This document shows, in pieces, positions 45,278 to 56,290 of a stretch of 64,000 nucleotides of DNA (within the stretch, counting starts at the first letter, position 1; each line of letters opens with the position of its first letter). Where the stretch lies: NCBI RefSeq assembly GCF_003334765.1, contig NZ_QOWT01000006.1; one strand, 5' to 3'. This DNA is from Escherichia coli. GTDB lineage: Bacteria > Pseudomonadota > Gammaproteobacteria > Enterobacterales > Enterobacteriaceae. The notes under the pieces are model-generated. The model had not been told where the DNA came from. It searched no databases and worked only from the letters and a program-made list of their open reading frames with translations. The position numbers were made by a program, and so were the translations under genes.

Positions 45278-46177
45278 CTAAACAGCACCTTTATACTTCA
45301 GCCTATCTATAAATAATGAGAATGCCGAGCCAGCATGTCGACGGTGTGGATAGTACAGGTGATAACCGGGTAAATCTGGTGTGAATTTATCCAAAACACG
45401 TATCAGTTTTTTTTCTTTAATAGCCCGCTCAACCTGATCATAAGGTAGATACGCCAATCCATGCCCATCAATTGCAGCATCAATGATCAGGTCTATCGTA
45501 TTCAGTAAAAGCTGACCTTCCATGCGAACACGAACTTCACGTCCACCGCGTATTAATCTCCAGCGATTTGCTGTACCCGATGTGGGAAGATACAAATTAA
45601 TTGCCTGATGATCTATTAATTGTGACACTGACGTTGGAACACTTCGGCGAGAAAAATAATCCGGTGAGCCAACAATAGCCATTGGTATATCTGGCCCGAT
45701 TCGAATGGCGATCATATCTTTATCCATCTCCCCACCCAGACGGACGCCTGCATCAAAACGTTCAGAAACGACATCGGTCAAACCATAATCAATGGTGAGC
45801 TGAATATCAATTTCAGGATGCGATTTCAGGAATGTGCGCATTGCTGGTAACAATATCGTTTTTGCTGCATGTTCTACAGTAGTAATACGTATTGTCCCGG
45901 ATGGGCGGTTCTGCAGATCGCTCAGGGATGCCATGGCTGAATCTATGTCATGCAACATAGGGCCAAGAACAGACAAAAGATGCTCGCCCGCTTCAGTTGG
46001 AACAACGCTGCGCGTGGTTCGCGTCAGAAGCCGCAATCCCAATCGTTCTTCTATACGACGCACTATCTGGCTTAAAGCTGACTGCGCCATGCTCAGGCGG
46101 GCTGCTGCACGAGTGAAGCTACGCTCCTCTGCAACGACGACAAACGCCATCAGATCAGCGATTTCTTCACGCTTCAT
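45278..46177 (-). CDS. pgrR: LysR-family regulator of peptidoglycan recycling
   Basis: 299-aa ORF with N-terminal LysR HTH; divergent from ycjY. Confidence 0.88.
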   Translation of the reverse strand: MKREEIADLMAFVVVAEERSFTRAAARLSMAQSALSQIVRRIEERLGLRLLTRTTRSVVPTEAGEHLLSVLGPMLHDIDSAMASLSDLQNRPSGTIRITTVEHAAKTILLPAMRTFLKSHPEIDIQLTIDYGLTDVVSERFDAGVRLGGEMDKDMIAIRIGPDIPMAIVGSPDYFSRRSVPTSVSQLIDHQAINLYLPTSGTANRWRLIRGGREVRVRMEGQLLLNTIDLIIDAAIDGHGLAYLPYDQVERAIKEKKLIRVLDKFTPDLPGYHLYYPHRRHAGSAFSLFIDRLKYKGAV

Positions 46178-46201
46178 TCAGTATCTCCATGCAATCTATT
46201 A

Positions 46202-46244
46202 ATCATTTAAATGATAGGTCTAATCATGATTTTGGGTCTAATCA
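46202..46244. promoter_or_regulatory. candidate PgrR operator: 14-bp palindrome ATCATTTAAATGAT plus two GGTCTAATCA direct repeats
   Basis: Palindrome at 46202-46215; direct repeats at 46217-46226 and 46235-46244 in the pgrR/ycjY divergent region. Confidence 0.4.
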
Positions 46245-46302
46245 ACTTAATGATCAATATCTATAGTGATATCACCAACCGTTAAAACGAACCGACAACT
46301 CC

Positions 46303-47260
46303 ATGAGGAACGGAATGATGAATAATAAAGTCAGCTTCACTAACAGCAATAATCCAACCATCTCTTTGTCTGCAGTGATCTATTTCCCTCCAAAATTTGA
46401 TGAAACCCGTCAGTATCAGGCAATTGTGTTATCTCACCCAGGTGGGGGCGTTAAAGAACAAACGGCCGGAACCTATGCCAAAAAACTGGCGGAAAAGGGA
46501 TTTGTCACTATTGCTTATGACGCATCTTATCAAGGTGAAAGTGGCGGCGAGCCGCGTCAGTTAGAAAACCCATACATTCGTACTGAAGACATCAGTGCCG
46601 TGATTGATTACCTGACAACGCTTTCTTATGTCGACAATACCCGAATTGGTGCGATGGGAATTTGTGCCGGTGCAGGATATACAGCCAATGCTGCAATTCA
46701 GGATCGCCGCATCAAGGCCATCGGTACCGTTAGTGCGGTCAATATTGGTTCGATATTCCGTAATGGTTGGGAAAACAATGTGAAATCTATTGATGCCCTG
46801 CCATACGTTGAAGCGGGTTCAAACGCCAGAACCAGCGATATTAGCAGCGGAGAATACGCCATTATGCCACTGGCACCAATGAAGGAGTCCGATGCGCCGA
46901 ACGAAGAACTGCGTCAGGCCTGGGAGTATTACCACACCCCTCGCGCGCAGTATCCAACAGCACCGGGTTACGCTACTTTGCGCAGCCTTAAGTTACGCTA
47001 CTTTGCGCAGCCTTAACCAGATTATTACCTATGATGCTTACCATATGGCGGAAGTGTACCTGACTCAGCCGACGCAGATTGTGGCGGGCAGCCAGGCAGG
47101 GAGCAAATGGATGAGTGACGACCTGTACGATCGAGCATCAAGCCAGGATAAACGCTATCACATTGTTGAAGGCGCAAACCATATGGATCTTTATGACGGC
47201 AAAGCCTATGTGGCTGAAGCAATTTCAGTATTAGCTCCGTTCTTTGAGGAAACTCTGTAA
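46303..47260 (+). pseudogene. ycjY: ycjY (dienelactone hydrolase / S9-like hydrolase) disrupted by a 25-bp tandem duplication
   Basis: Track ORFs 46303..47016 and 46892..47260 are in different frames; deleting one 25-bp copy fuses them into one ORF of about 310 codons. Confidence 0.8.
46967..47016 (+). repeat. perfect 25-bp tandem duplication (GTTACGCTACTTTGCGCAGCCTTAA x2) inside ycjY
   Basis: Read directly at 46967-46991 and 46992-47016. Confidence 0.95.
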
Positions 47261-47325
47261 TGAAACATATTCAAATCCGCAATAGTGATATGGACTGGCA
47301 TATTGCTGCCAATAATCTGGGATAA
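47260..47325 (+). CDS. ymjD: 21-codon ORF (MKHIQIRNSDMDWHIAANNLG), possible deletion remnant
   Basis: ATG overlaps the ycjY stop (TAATG); name recalled from K-12 annotation with uncertainty. Confidence 0.4.
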   Translation: MKHIQIRNSDMDWHIAANNLG

Positions 47326-47330
47326 TTTTC

Positions 47331-47513
47331 ATGAAAAATGTACTGATTCTTGGTGCTGGCGGTCAGATAGCCCGCCATGTGATTAATCAACTGGCAGATA
47401 AGCAAACCATTAAACAAACTTTATTTGCCCGTCAGCCAGCAAAAATCCACAAACCCTATCCAACTAATAAAATGCAAACAACTTCCGGCAAAAAAGTGAT
47501 ACAAGATCGATGA
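47331..47513 (+). pseudogene. ymjC: N-terminal fragment of an NAD(P)-binding (NmrA-like) protein
   Basis: 60-aa ORF with Rossmann motif ILGAGGQIARH; truncated, and its 3' end runs into repeat copy B. Confidence 0.6.
47470..47499. repeat. 30-bp repeat copy B (AAATGCAAACAACTTCCGGCAAAAAAGTGA), 96-125 bp upstream of mpaA
   Basis: 28/30 identity to copy A. Confidence 0.8.
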
Positions 47514-47594
47514 CATAGCGTTGAAGAAAAGGATTTGATAATCCGCAAAATTTGCACAACACTGCCTGTAATACTTCCTGAACCAGAGACGATC

Positions 47595-48297
47595 ATGACC
47601 GTAACCCGCCCACGCGCCGAACGCGGCGCATTTCCGCCCGGAACAGAACATTACGGACGTTCATTATTGGGCGCGCCGTTAATCTGGTTTCCTGCCCCTG
47701 CAGCCAGCCGCGAAAGTGGTTTGATTCTGGCTGGCACTCACGGTGATGAAAACTCTTCGGTCGTCACGCTCTCCTGTGCTCTGCGGACGTTGACACCTTC
47801 TTTGCGCCGTCATCATGTGGTGCTGTGTGTGAATCCTGACGGCTGCCAGTTGGGGTTACGGGCCAATGCTAATGGTGTGGATTTAAACAGAAACTTTCCG
47901 GCGGCGAACTGGAAGGAAGGTGAAACCGTTTATCGCTGGAACAGCGCCGCTGAAGAACGCGATGTCGTATTACTGACAGGTGACAAACCTGGCTCCGAAC
48001 CTGAAACCCAGGCGCTGTGCCAGCTTATACACCGCATTCAACCTGCCTGGGTGGTCTCATTCCACGATCCACTGGCCTGTATTGAAGATCCCAGACACAG
48101 CGAATTAGGCGAATGGCTGGCTCAGGCGTTTGAATTGCCTCTGGTAACCAGCGTCGGTTATGAAACGCCTGGCTCTTTCGGCAGTTGGTGTGCAGATCTG
48201 AACTTGCATTGCATCACCGCAGAGTTTCCGCCCATCTCCTCCGACGAAGCCAGCGAAAAATATCTCTTTGCGATGGCAAACTTGCTGCGCTGGCATC

Positions 48298-48323
<26 letters not shown>
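47595..48323 (+). CDS. mpaA: murein peptide amidase A (gamma-D-Glu-mDAP amidase, M14 family)
   Basis: Track ORF trimmed to ATG at 47595 (MTVTRPRAERG...), 242 aa. Confidence 0.88.
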
Positions 48324-49273
<950 letters not shown>

Positions 49274-49381
49274 TGTTGTCGCGGTGGTCTGCGGATTAAG
49301 CGCAAATAGCGTTTGCTGTGTTATTGACAGTTAGCATAAACTAGGTGTGACGTTAACTATATGTAAACAGGAAAGATAATC

Positions 49382-49888
49382 ATGTCACAAACCGTTCATT
49401 TCCAGGGCAACCCGGTTACAGTCGCCAATTCCATCCCGCAGGCGGGTAGCAAAGCGCAGACTTTTACTCTCGTGGCAAAAGATCTGTCTGACGTCACCCT
49501 CGGTCAGTTTGCGGGTAAACGCAAAGTGCTGAACATTTTCCCGAGTATTGATACCGGTGTTTGCGCCGCATCAGTACGTAAGTTTAACCAACTGGCAACT
49601 GAGATCGACAACACCGTTGTGCTGTGTATCTCTGCCGATCTGCCGTTCGCCCAGTCTCGTTTCTGCGGCGCAGAAGGTCTGAACAACGTTATCACCCTCT
49701 CCACTTTCCGTAACGCTGAATTTCTGCAAGCTTACGGTGTGGCAATTGCTGATGGCCCACTGAAAGGTCTGGCAGCGCGTGCCGTTGTGGTTATTGACGA
49801 AAATGACAATGTGATTTTCAGCCAGCTGGTGGATGAAATCACCACCGAGCCGGATTACGAAGCAGCTCTGGCTGTACTGAAAGCATAA
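49382..49888 (+). CDS. tpx: thiol peroxidase (atypical 2-Cys peroxiredoxin)
   Basis: 168-aa ORF; recognised Tpx sequence. Confidence 0.93.
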   Translation: MSQTVHFQGNPVTVANSIPQAGSKAQTFTLVAKDLSDVTLGQFAGKRKVLNIFPSIDTGVCAASVRKFNQLATEIDNTVVLCISADLPFAQSRFCGAEGLNNVITLSTFRNAEFLQAYGVAIADGPLKGLAARAVVVIDENDNVIFSQLVDEITTEPDYEAALAVLKA

Positions 49889-49893
49889 TTTAA

Positions 49894-49925
49894 TATGCCT
49901 GATGGTGTTGCACCATCAGGCATAT
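49894..49925. terminator. bidirectional terminator palindrome between tpx and tyrR
   Basis: ATATGCCTGATGGTG / CACCATCAGGCATAT arms. Confidence 0.6.
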
Positions 49926-49931
49926 TCGCGC

Positions 49932-51473
49932 TTACTCTTCGTTCTTCTTCTGACTCAGACCATATTCCCGCAACTTATTGGCAATCGCGGTATGTGAAAC
50001 GCCGAGACGTTTTGCCAGTTTGCGCGTGCTGGGATAATTGCGATAAAGCTGGGTTAATACCGAGCGTTCAAAACGGCTGGTGATTTCGTCCAGCGAACCT
50101 TCCATCGCATCTTCGCCCACGGCTACCGTTGCGGCGTCATAATCCGGCAACAAAATATCCTGTGGACGCAGCTCATAACCGTCCAGTTGTGTCAGTGCGC
50201 GATAGATAGCGTTCTTTAACTGCCGCACATTTCCCGGCCACGCATAACGCGTAAGTACAGTATTCAGGTCAGCGGCCAGTTTCGGACGCGGCACGCCCTG
50301 CTCGTCGGCAAAGCGGGCGACGAACAGCTCAGTTAACGGCATGATGTCCTGCGGACAGTCACGTAGCGGCGGCAGATTGAGCGTCAACACGTTCAGACGA
50401 TAATAGAGATCTTCACGGAACATGCCTTTTTGCACCAGTTCGACCAGATTCTTCTGCGTAGCGCAAATCACCCGCACATCGACATGCACCTCATGGTCTT
50501 CGCCAACCCGACGGAAAGTGCCATCATTAAGGAAACGCAGTAATTTCGCCTGCATCCGTGGTGACATTTCCCCTATTTCATCCAACAGCACCGAACCACC
50601 GTTCGCCTGCTCAAAGAATCCTTTCTTCCCTTCCGGAGCATGACCAAACAGTTCACTCTCGACCGCATCTTCCGGTATAGACGCACAGTTCAGCGCCAGG
50701 TAAGGTTTGCCCGCTCTGGGGCTTGCCTGATGGCAGGCGTAGGCAAAGAGATCTTTACCTGTACCTGTGTCACCCGTAATCAGCAGCGGCGCGCTTAGCA
50801 TCGCCAGTTTCTGCGCCTGTTCGACAACATGCTTCATTTTCGGGCTGACGGCGACAATTTGACTGAAGGCGCTGACGTCCTGGGCGGCGACATTTTGCAA
50901 CTGGCGGCCCATACGAATCGTTGATCGCAACATCACCACCGCACCGGTCAGGACGTGTTGATCATTTTCATCCTGAAGATAAACAGGCGTAATCTCCATC
51001 AGGAAATTCTGCCCATTAATAACGACATGCTCGTTATGCGAATCTTGCGGTTCGCTTTCCAGCCAACGTAAAAAATTAAAGCCGTTAATCAATTGTGCGG
51101 CGGTATGGTTGCGCAGGCGATCCAATTTTTGCCCAAAAAGCTGACAGCTCGCCGGGTTCGCCATATCCACTTTGCTTTTCATATCGACAGAGAGCACAGG
51201 TTCAGGCAACGCCTCCAGTAACGCGCTCAACGCCAGATGCTCACGTTCGGAAGGCATCCACGGGACAGTACGCACATCGGTAACACCCGCAATACGGCGT
51301 ATTTCGGCCATCAGACTGCTGAAACTCTCAAACTCCAGTTCAGCAAAATTGAGGTAGATTCGCCCAATGGGATCAATCTCAATACCGCGTAAATCAATGC
51401 CTCTTAGCACGAGTAGATCGAGTAATTCGCGGGTCAGACCGAGTCGGTCTTCACAAAAGACTTCCAGACGCAT
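49932..51473 (-). CDS. tyrR: sigma-54-type AAA+ transcriptional regulator of aromatic amino acid genes
   Basis: Track ORF trimmed to ATG at 51471-51473 (MRLEVFCEDRLGL...), 513 aa; Walker A GDTGTGKD and C-terminal HTH. Confidence 0.93.
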   Translation of the reverse strand: MRLEVFCEDRLGLTRELLDLLVLRGIDLRGIEIDPIGRIYLNFAELEFESFSSLMAEIRRIAGVTDVRTVPWMPSEREHLALSALLEALPEPVLSVDMKSKVDMANPASCQLFGQKLDRLRNHTAAQLINGFNFLRWLESEPQDSHNEHVVINGQNFLMEITPVYLQDENDQHVLTGAVVMLRSTIRMGRQLQNVAAQDVSAFSQIVAVSPKMKHVVEQAQKLAMLSAPLLITGDTGTGKDLFAYACHQASPRAGKPYLALNCASIPEDAVESELFGHAPEGKKGFFEQANGGSVLLDEIGEMSPRMQAKLLRFLNDGTFRRVGEDHEVHVDVRVICATQKNLVELVQKGMFREDLYYRLNVLTLNLPPLRDCPQDIMPLTELFVARFADEQGVPRPKLAADLNTVLTRYAWPGNVRQLKNAIYRALTQLDGYELRPQDILLPDYDAATVAVGEDAMEGSLDEITSRFERSVLTQLYRNYPSTRKLAKRLGVSHTAIANKLREYGLSQKKNEE

Positions 51474-51543
51474 GGGAACCTTCACCTGAAAAAAGAACAA
51501 TTAATATGATGATATGACACTATTTGGATAGCAGGAAGGTTTC

Positions 51544-51561
51544 TGTCAACAATCATTGACA
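51544..51561. promoter_or_regulatory. TyrR box (TGTCAA-N6-TTGACA) upstream of tyrR
   Basis: Palindrome matching the TGTAAA-N6-TTTACA consensus, about 70 bp upstream of the tyrR start. Confidence 0.45.
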
Positions 51562-51620
51562 CAAAGACGGAAAAACGGGCACTTCGGCGTAAAGATATCC
51601 GGTCAGCACCCGATATTGCA

Positions 51621-52682
51621 TTATTTTTCGCTGGGCGTTTTGCCTTTTTGCAGCGTTTCTTTCACCTGACCGATAAGCTGACGACGGAAATCCCCGAGGC
51701 GAGGTTTGTCATCGTCAATCCACGGCAGCGGGCGGCAAAGCTCCATAGCTTTAATCCCGAGTCGTGCCGTCAGAAGTCCTGCACCAATCCCCTGAGCTGC
51801 GCGGGTAGACAAACGAGCAGCGAGATCTTGCGACATCCAGTCCATCCCCACTTCGCGCACCAGTTCGCTGGCTCCGGCAAAAGCGATATTCAGCAATACC
51901 AGCTTAAACAGACGCAAACGGCTGTAATACCCCAGTTCAATGCCATACAGCGTGGCGATGCGATTAATTAAACGCAGATTGCGCCAGGCGATAAACGCCA
52001 TATCGACCAACGCCAGCGGGCTGACCGCAATCATCAACGTTGATTCCGCCGCCGAACGGCTGATTTCGCGCCGCGCCTGGGCATCTAAAACTGGCTGGAC
52101 CAAATGCGCATACAGGCTGACCACTTCACGGTCGTTTTGCGTTTCATGGATTGAGGCATACCAGCGTTGCAGCGCCGGATGCGACTGATCAATACCCGCC
52201 TGCTGCGCCAGTTTTTCGCAAAATGCGCGGCCTTTGCCCGTGCCGTGGCTATGCAATAAATCACGCGCTTCGTCGCGTTCATGGGCGCGCTGTCGCAAGC
52301 GCCATAAGCGCCGCCACTCTGTTACCACAGAACCTACGCCAGCGCCGATAATCAATGCCCCAGCGGCACATCCACCCAGCGCCACCCAGTCCTGGGTTTG
52401 CCAGGCATTCATTGTCCACTGTACACCCTGCCCGACAACGCTTGCGCCAAACAGAGCCAGCCCTCCCATCACCATTTTGCGCCACAGGCTGCGTTTCGGA
52501 CGTAACGCTGCGTCCATTACCGCTTCGACTTGCCCCTCTTCTTCCTGCGCTTCGTCGAGCGTGGCCGGGGCAAAATTTTGCGCCTGATTTTCGTCAAAGG
52601 TCTGCTGCGCCCTGAATTTAGGATTCTGATCGACCTCCAGAGGACCGTCGAAATCAATACGTGGTTTTAACGGTTCGGTCAT
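51621..52682 (-). CDS. ycjF: UPF0283/DUF697 inner-membrane protein
   Basis: 353-aa ORF with a central hydrophobic hairpin; start overlaps ycjX stop. Confidence 0.88.
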   Translation of the reverse strand: MTEPLKPRIDFDGPLEVDQNPKFRAQQTFDENQAQNFAPATLDEAQEEEGQVEAVMDAALRPKRSLWRKMVMGGLALFGASVVGQGVQWTMNAWQTQDWVALGGCAAGALIIGAGVGSVVTEWRRLWRLRQRAHERDEARDLLHSHGTGKGRAFCEKLAQQAGIDQSHPALQRWYASIHETQNDREVVSLYAHLVQPVLDAQARREISRSAAESTLMIAVSPLALVDMAFIAWRNLRLINRIATLYGIELGYYSRLRLFKLVLLNIAFAGASELVREVGMDWMSQDLAARLSTRAAQGIGAGLLTARLGIKAMELCRPLPWIDDDKPRLGDFRRQLIGQVKETLQKGKTPSEK

Positions 52683-54076
52683 CGCAATTTATCTCCTATT
52701 AAAAATTCCAGCGCAGCATCAAGACGAATATGCGGTAGTGGTTTGTCGACATCCATCACCTGCGGACGAAATGCCTCAAACTGGAAGCCTTGCTTATCCC
52801 AGAACGCCTGACCAGGCAAACGTGCGGGAACTTCGCCAGGATAAACAGTGAGCGGTGCGCCATCGCTAAGTCGATTACCACGCAGCGCCGGGATTTTCTC
52901 ACCGTTAACATCAATAATGCCGCTGGTGGTCGCCTGAACTGACGCCAGCCCCAGGCAGTCCATGCTGATCCCTTCGAACGCCGCATTTTGCCAGGCATCC
53001 TGAATCAGTTGTTGCAGTAATGAAACCATATTAGCGTGCTGATCGATGGTCACATGGTCCGCTTTAGTGGCAGCAAACAATAGCTTATCGATAACCGGCG
53101 AAAACAAACGCCGGAACAGGGTACGCTGCCCGTAGTGAAAACTTTGCATCAGCTGCGTCAGTGCCAGACGCATATCATTAAATGCCTGTGGCCCACTGTT
53201 GAGAGGTTGCAGGCAATCCACCAGCACAATCTGGCGGTCAAAGCGCAGAAAATGATTCTTATAGAACCCCTTCACCACCTTCTCGCAGTAATAATTAAAG
53301 CGCTCGCGCAGCATTCCGGCATTGGTATGCTTATCGGCCTGCGCCAGTTTGGACTCGCCCCAGGTATCGACATCCGGCCACGGGAAGAATTGCAGCGCGG
53401 GCGCACCTGCCATATCTCCCGGCAAGACAAAGCGCCCAGGCTGAATAAAGTGCAGCCCCTGCTCTTTACAGTGGTGGAGATAATCGGTCCACGCGGCGGC
53501 AATGTCCGCCAGCCGGTTTTCGTCGGCAGGCGCTAGCGGGTCCAGCCCTTCGCTCATCATTCGCCATTTCGCCGACCATTCTCCGCGCTGACCATTGAGT
53601 AAGCCCGTCATCTGGCGCGACCAGCTTAAATAGTCCTGCGCCAGCATCGGCAGGTCGAGCAACCATTCGCCGGGATAATCCACAATTTCCAGATACAGCG
53701 TGGAGGTATCCTTAAAGTGGCGTAGCAGCGAATCATTCGATTTAAAACGTAGCGCCAGGCGGATTTCACTGACGCCGCGCGTTGGCGTTGGCCAGGCGGG
53801 TGGATCGCCATATAACTGCGCCAGCCCTTCGTCATAGGTGAAGCGCGGAATGCCAAAGTCACGCTGGGGAATGCGTTTCACGCCCAGCAGGCGCTCTTCA
53901 CGCACCGCACTTAACAGCGGCAAACGTGCTCCGGCGTGAATATTAAGCAACTGATTAACCATCGCGGTGATAAACGCTGTTTTGCCGCTGCGGCTAAGTC
54001 CGGTTACAGCGAGGCGCAGATGTCTGTCGACACCCCGATTCACCAGCGCATTGAGTTCATTTTTAAGTCGCTTCAT
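52679..54076 (-). CDS. ycjX: P-loop NTPase (DUF463), heat-shock regulon
   Basis: 465-aa ORF with Walker A GLSRSGKT. Confidence 0.88.
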   Translation of the reverse strand: MKRLKNELNALVNRGVDRHLRLAVTGLSRSGKTAFITAMVNQLLNIHAGARLPLLSAVREERLLGVKRIPQRDFGIPRFTYDEGLAQLYGDPPAWPTPTRGVSEIRLALRFKSNDSLLRHFKDTSTLYLEIVDYPGEWLLDLPMLAQDYLSWSRQMTGLLNGQRGEWSAKWRMMSEGLDPLAPADENRLADIAAAWTDYLHHCKEQGLHFIQPGRFVLPGDMAGAPALQFFPWPDVDTWGESKLAQADKHTNAGMLRERFNYYCEKVVKGFYKNHFLRFDRQIVLVDCLQPLNSGPQAFNDMRLALTQLMQSFHYGQRTLFRRLFSPVIDKLLFAATKADHVTIDQHANMVSLLQQLIQDAWQNAAFEGISMDCLGLASVQATTSGIIDVNGEKIPALRGNRLSDGAPLTVYPGEVPARLPGQAFWDKQGFQFEAFRPQVMDVDKPLPHIRLDAALEFLIGDKLR

Positions 54077-54231
54077 TGCTGTCCTGTGCTGCTCTGAAGA
54101 CCAGAAAAAAAATCATTCGTAAGGATATGAATGTGGGGGCCAGGCCATTGATTATCAACTGCCCGTGTTGTCATCGACCGGCGAACTCCATAAGATGTGC
54201 AGCATTCACGTTCGGACGGAGTTCCTGACCT

Positions 54232-55230
54232 ATGTCCCCTACTATTTATGATATTGCCAGGGTTGCAGGCGTATCAAAATCCACCGTATCACGCGTGCTG
54301 AATAAGCAAACTAATATCTCCCCGGAAGCGCGCGAAAAAGTGTTACGGGCCATTGAAGAATTACAGTATCAGCCAAACAAGCTGGCCCGCGCGCTGACCT
54401 CTTCGGGTTTTGATGCCATTATGGTGATTTCTACCCGTTCGACCAAAACTACGGCGGGTAATCCGTTTTTCTCTGAAGTTTTGCATGCCATCACCGCCAA
54501 AGCTGAAGAAGAAGGTTTCGACGTGATATTACAAACGTCGCACAATCCGGCAGAAGATCTGCAAAAATGCGAAAGCAAAATTAAGCAGAAAATGATTAAA
54601 GGCATTATTATGCTCAGTTCGCCAGCGGATGAGTCATTTTTTGCCCAACTCGATAAATATGATATTCCGGTGGTGGTGATTGGCAAAGTTGAAGGTCAAT
54701 ATGCCCATGTTTATTCTGTCGATACCGATAATTTTGGCGACAGCATTGCGTTGACCGATGCATTAATTGAAAGTGGGCATCAAAATATTGCCTGCCTGCA
54801 TGCTCCGCTTGATGTCCATGTTTCGGTTGATCGCGTTAATGGTTATAAGCAGAGCCTGGCTGCGCATAATATTGCAGTGCGTGATGAATGGATTGTTGAT
54901 GGCGGTTATACCCATGAAACTGCATTAAAAGCAGCACGGCAATTATTAAGCCAGTCACCGTTGCCTGAGGCGGTGTTTGCCACTGACAGCCTGAAATTAA
55001 TGAGCATTTATCGTGCGGCAGCAGAGAAAAATATTGCTATTCCGCAGCAGTTAGCGGTGGTGGGTTATAGCAATGAAACGCTGTCATTTATTTTAACGCC
55101 TGCACCGGGCGGCATCGATGTTCCGACGCAGGAGTTAGGTCAACAAAGCTGCGAGTTATTATTCCGCTTAATTTCTGGAAAACCGTCACCACAGAATATT
55201 ACCGTTGCCACGCATATGACGCTGAAATAA
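54232..55230 (+). CDS. ycjW: LacI-family transcriptional regulator
   Basis: 332-aa ORF with N-terminal LacI HTH ([21 protein letters not shown]). Confidence 0.9.
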
Positions 55231-55235
55231 ATACC

Positions 55236-55340
55236 AGCTACCTTGCCTGAATGCCAGATGCGATGCTAGCGCATCTTATCCGGCCTACATTTATAGATCG
55301 GATAAAGTACTCGCGCCGCATCCGGCAATTTAGCCCATTA
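55236..55340. repeat. REP/BIME repetitive extragenic palindromes
   Basis: GCATCTTATCCGGCCTAC ... CGCGCCGCATCCGGCA units between ycjW and ompG. Confidence 0.75.
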
Positions 55341-56246
55341 TCAGAACGAGTAATTTACGCCGACACCTGCATAATGGAATTTATCACTGTCGCCTTCGTC
55401 GTGATCCTGCCACTCAAACGCGTATTCCAGCGAAACGGAAAGTCCGTTCTGGAAATCATAACCGTAAAATAAACCTACACGGTTAAAATCATGGCCTTCA
55501 CGTTCAATATCATCCTGCCAGTCCCAGTTACTCCAGCGATCCAGCCCAATGCGCGTATACGGCGTCACCGAGTGGTTGCCGAGCGTCAGCGGCAAATAGG
55601 CGCGAATTTCTTGCGTGGAAAACTCACCGTTATTGCGGCTGTCGTCCATATTGAAGCCGCGCTCGAGATAATAGTTCACTCGCAAGGCAACCGTTTCGTT
55701 GAAGGTATATTGCAGACCTGTTTCCGTTTCGACACGGGTATCAGCGTAACCGGTAGTGTTCAGATCGTTGGCAAATTTATACATCGACAACCAACCGTTG
55801 AAACGTAAATCGTCAGTCAGTTTCACATCCCAGTCTGGCGCGATTTTCCAGCGCTGCATATTCGCCGTGTCTTTACCCGGTTCATCAACGTAGTGATAAC
55901 CATAATTACGGAAACCGCCGGTCAGGCCGAAACTGAAATCATCGTTTTCGAGGAACTGATAATGCACCTCCAGCTCCGGGCGATCAAACCACGTTCCACG
56001 TTTACCCGCGCTATAATCTACCGGCCCTTCCTGATAATAGGCCAGAGCAATTCTCCACGGCCCGTTGGCGGCATTAAAATAGACTGAAGGCTCCGCCAGC
56101 CCATCCATATCTTCGCCATAACCCTCGACGTTTTCTATTTCGTACATCGCGCCGATATTAAAGTGCCAGTCGTTCCTTTCCTCGGCCTGTGCGCAGGCCA
56201 TTCCCGCACACATCACCAGTGCGGTACAGGGTAATAACTTTTTCAT
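55341..56246 (-). CDS. ompG: outer membrane porin G (monomeric 14-strand)
   Basis: 301-aa ORF with signal peptide and C-terminal ...VNYSF. Confidence 0.92.
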   Translation of the reverse strand: MKKLLPCTALVMCAGMACAQAEERNDWHFNIGAMYEIENVEGYGEDMDGLAEPSVYFNAANGPWRIALAYYQEGPVDYSAGKRGTWFDRPELEVHYQFLENDDFSFGLTGGFRNYGYHYVDEPGKDTANMQRWKIAPDWDVKLTDDLRFNGWLSMYKFANDLNTTGYADTRVETETGLQYTFNETVALRVNYYLERGFNMDDSRNNGEFSTQEIRAYLPLTLGNHSVTPYTRIGLDRWSNWDWQDDIEREGHDFNRVGLFYGYDFQNGLSVSLEYAFEWQDHDEGDSDKFHYAGVGVNYSF

Positions 56247-56290
56247 TATTGTTCCTTGTATTATCCTGGGGGAATGCCTTCCCCCTGTAT

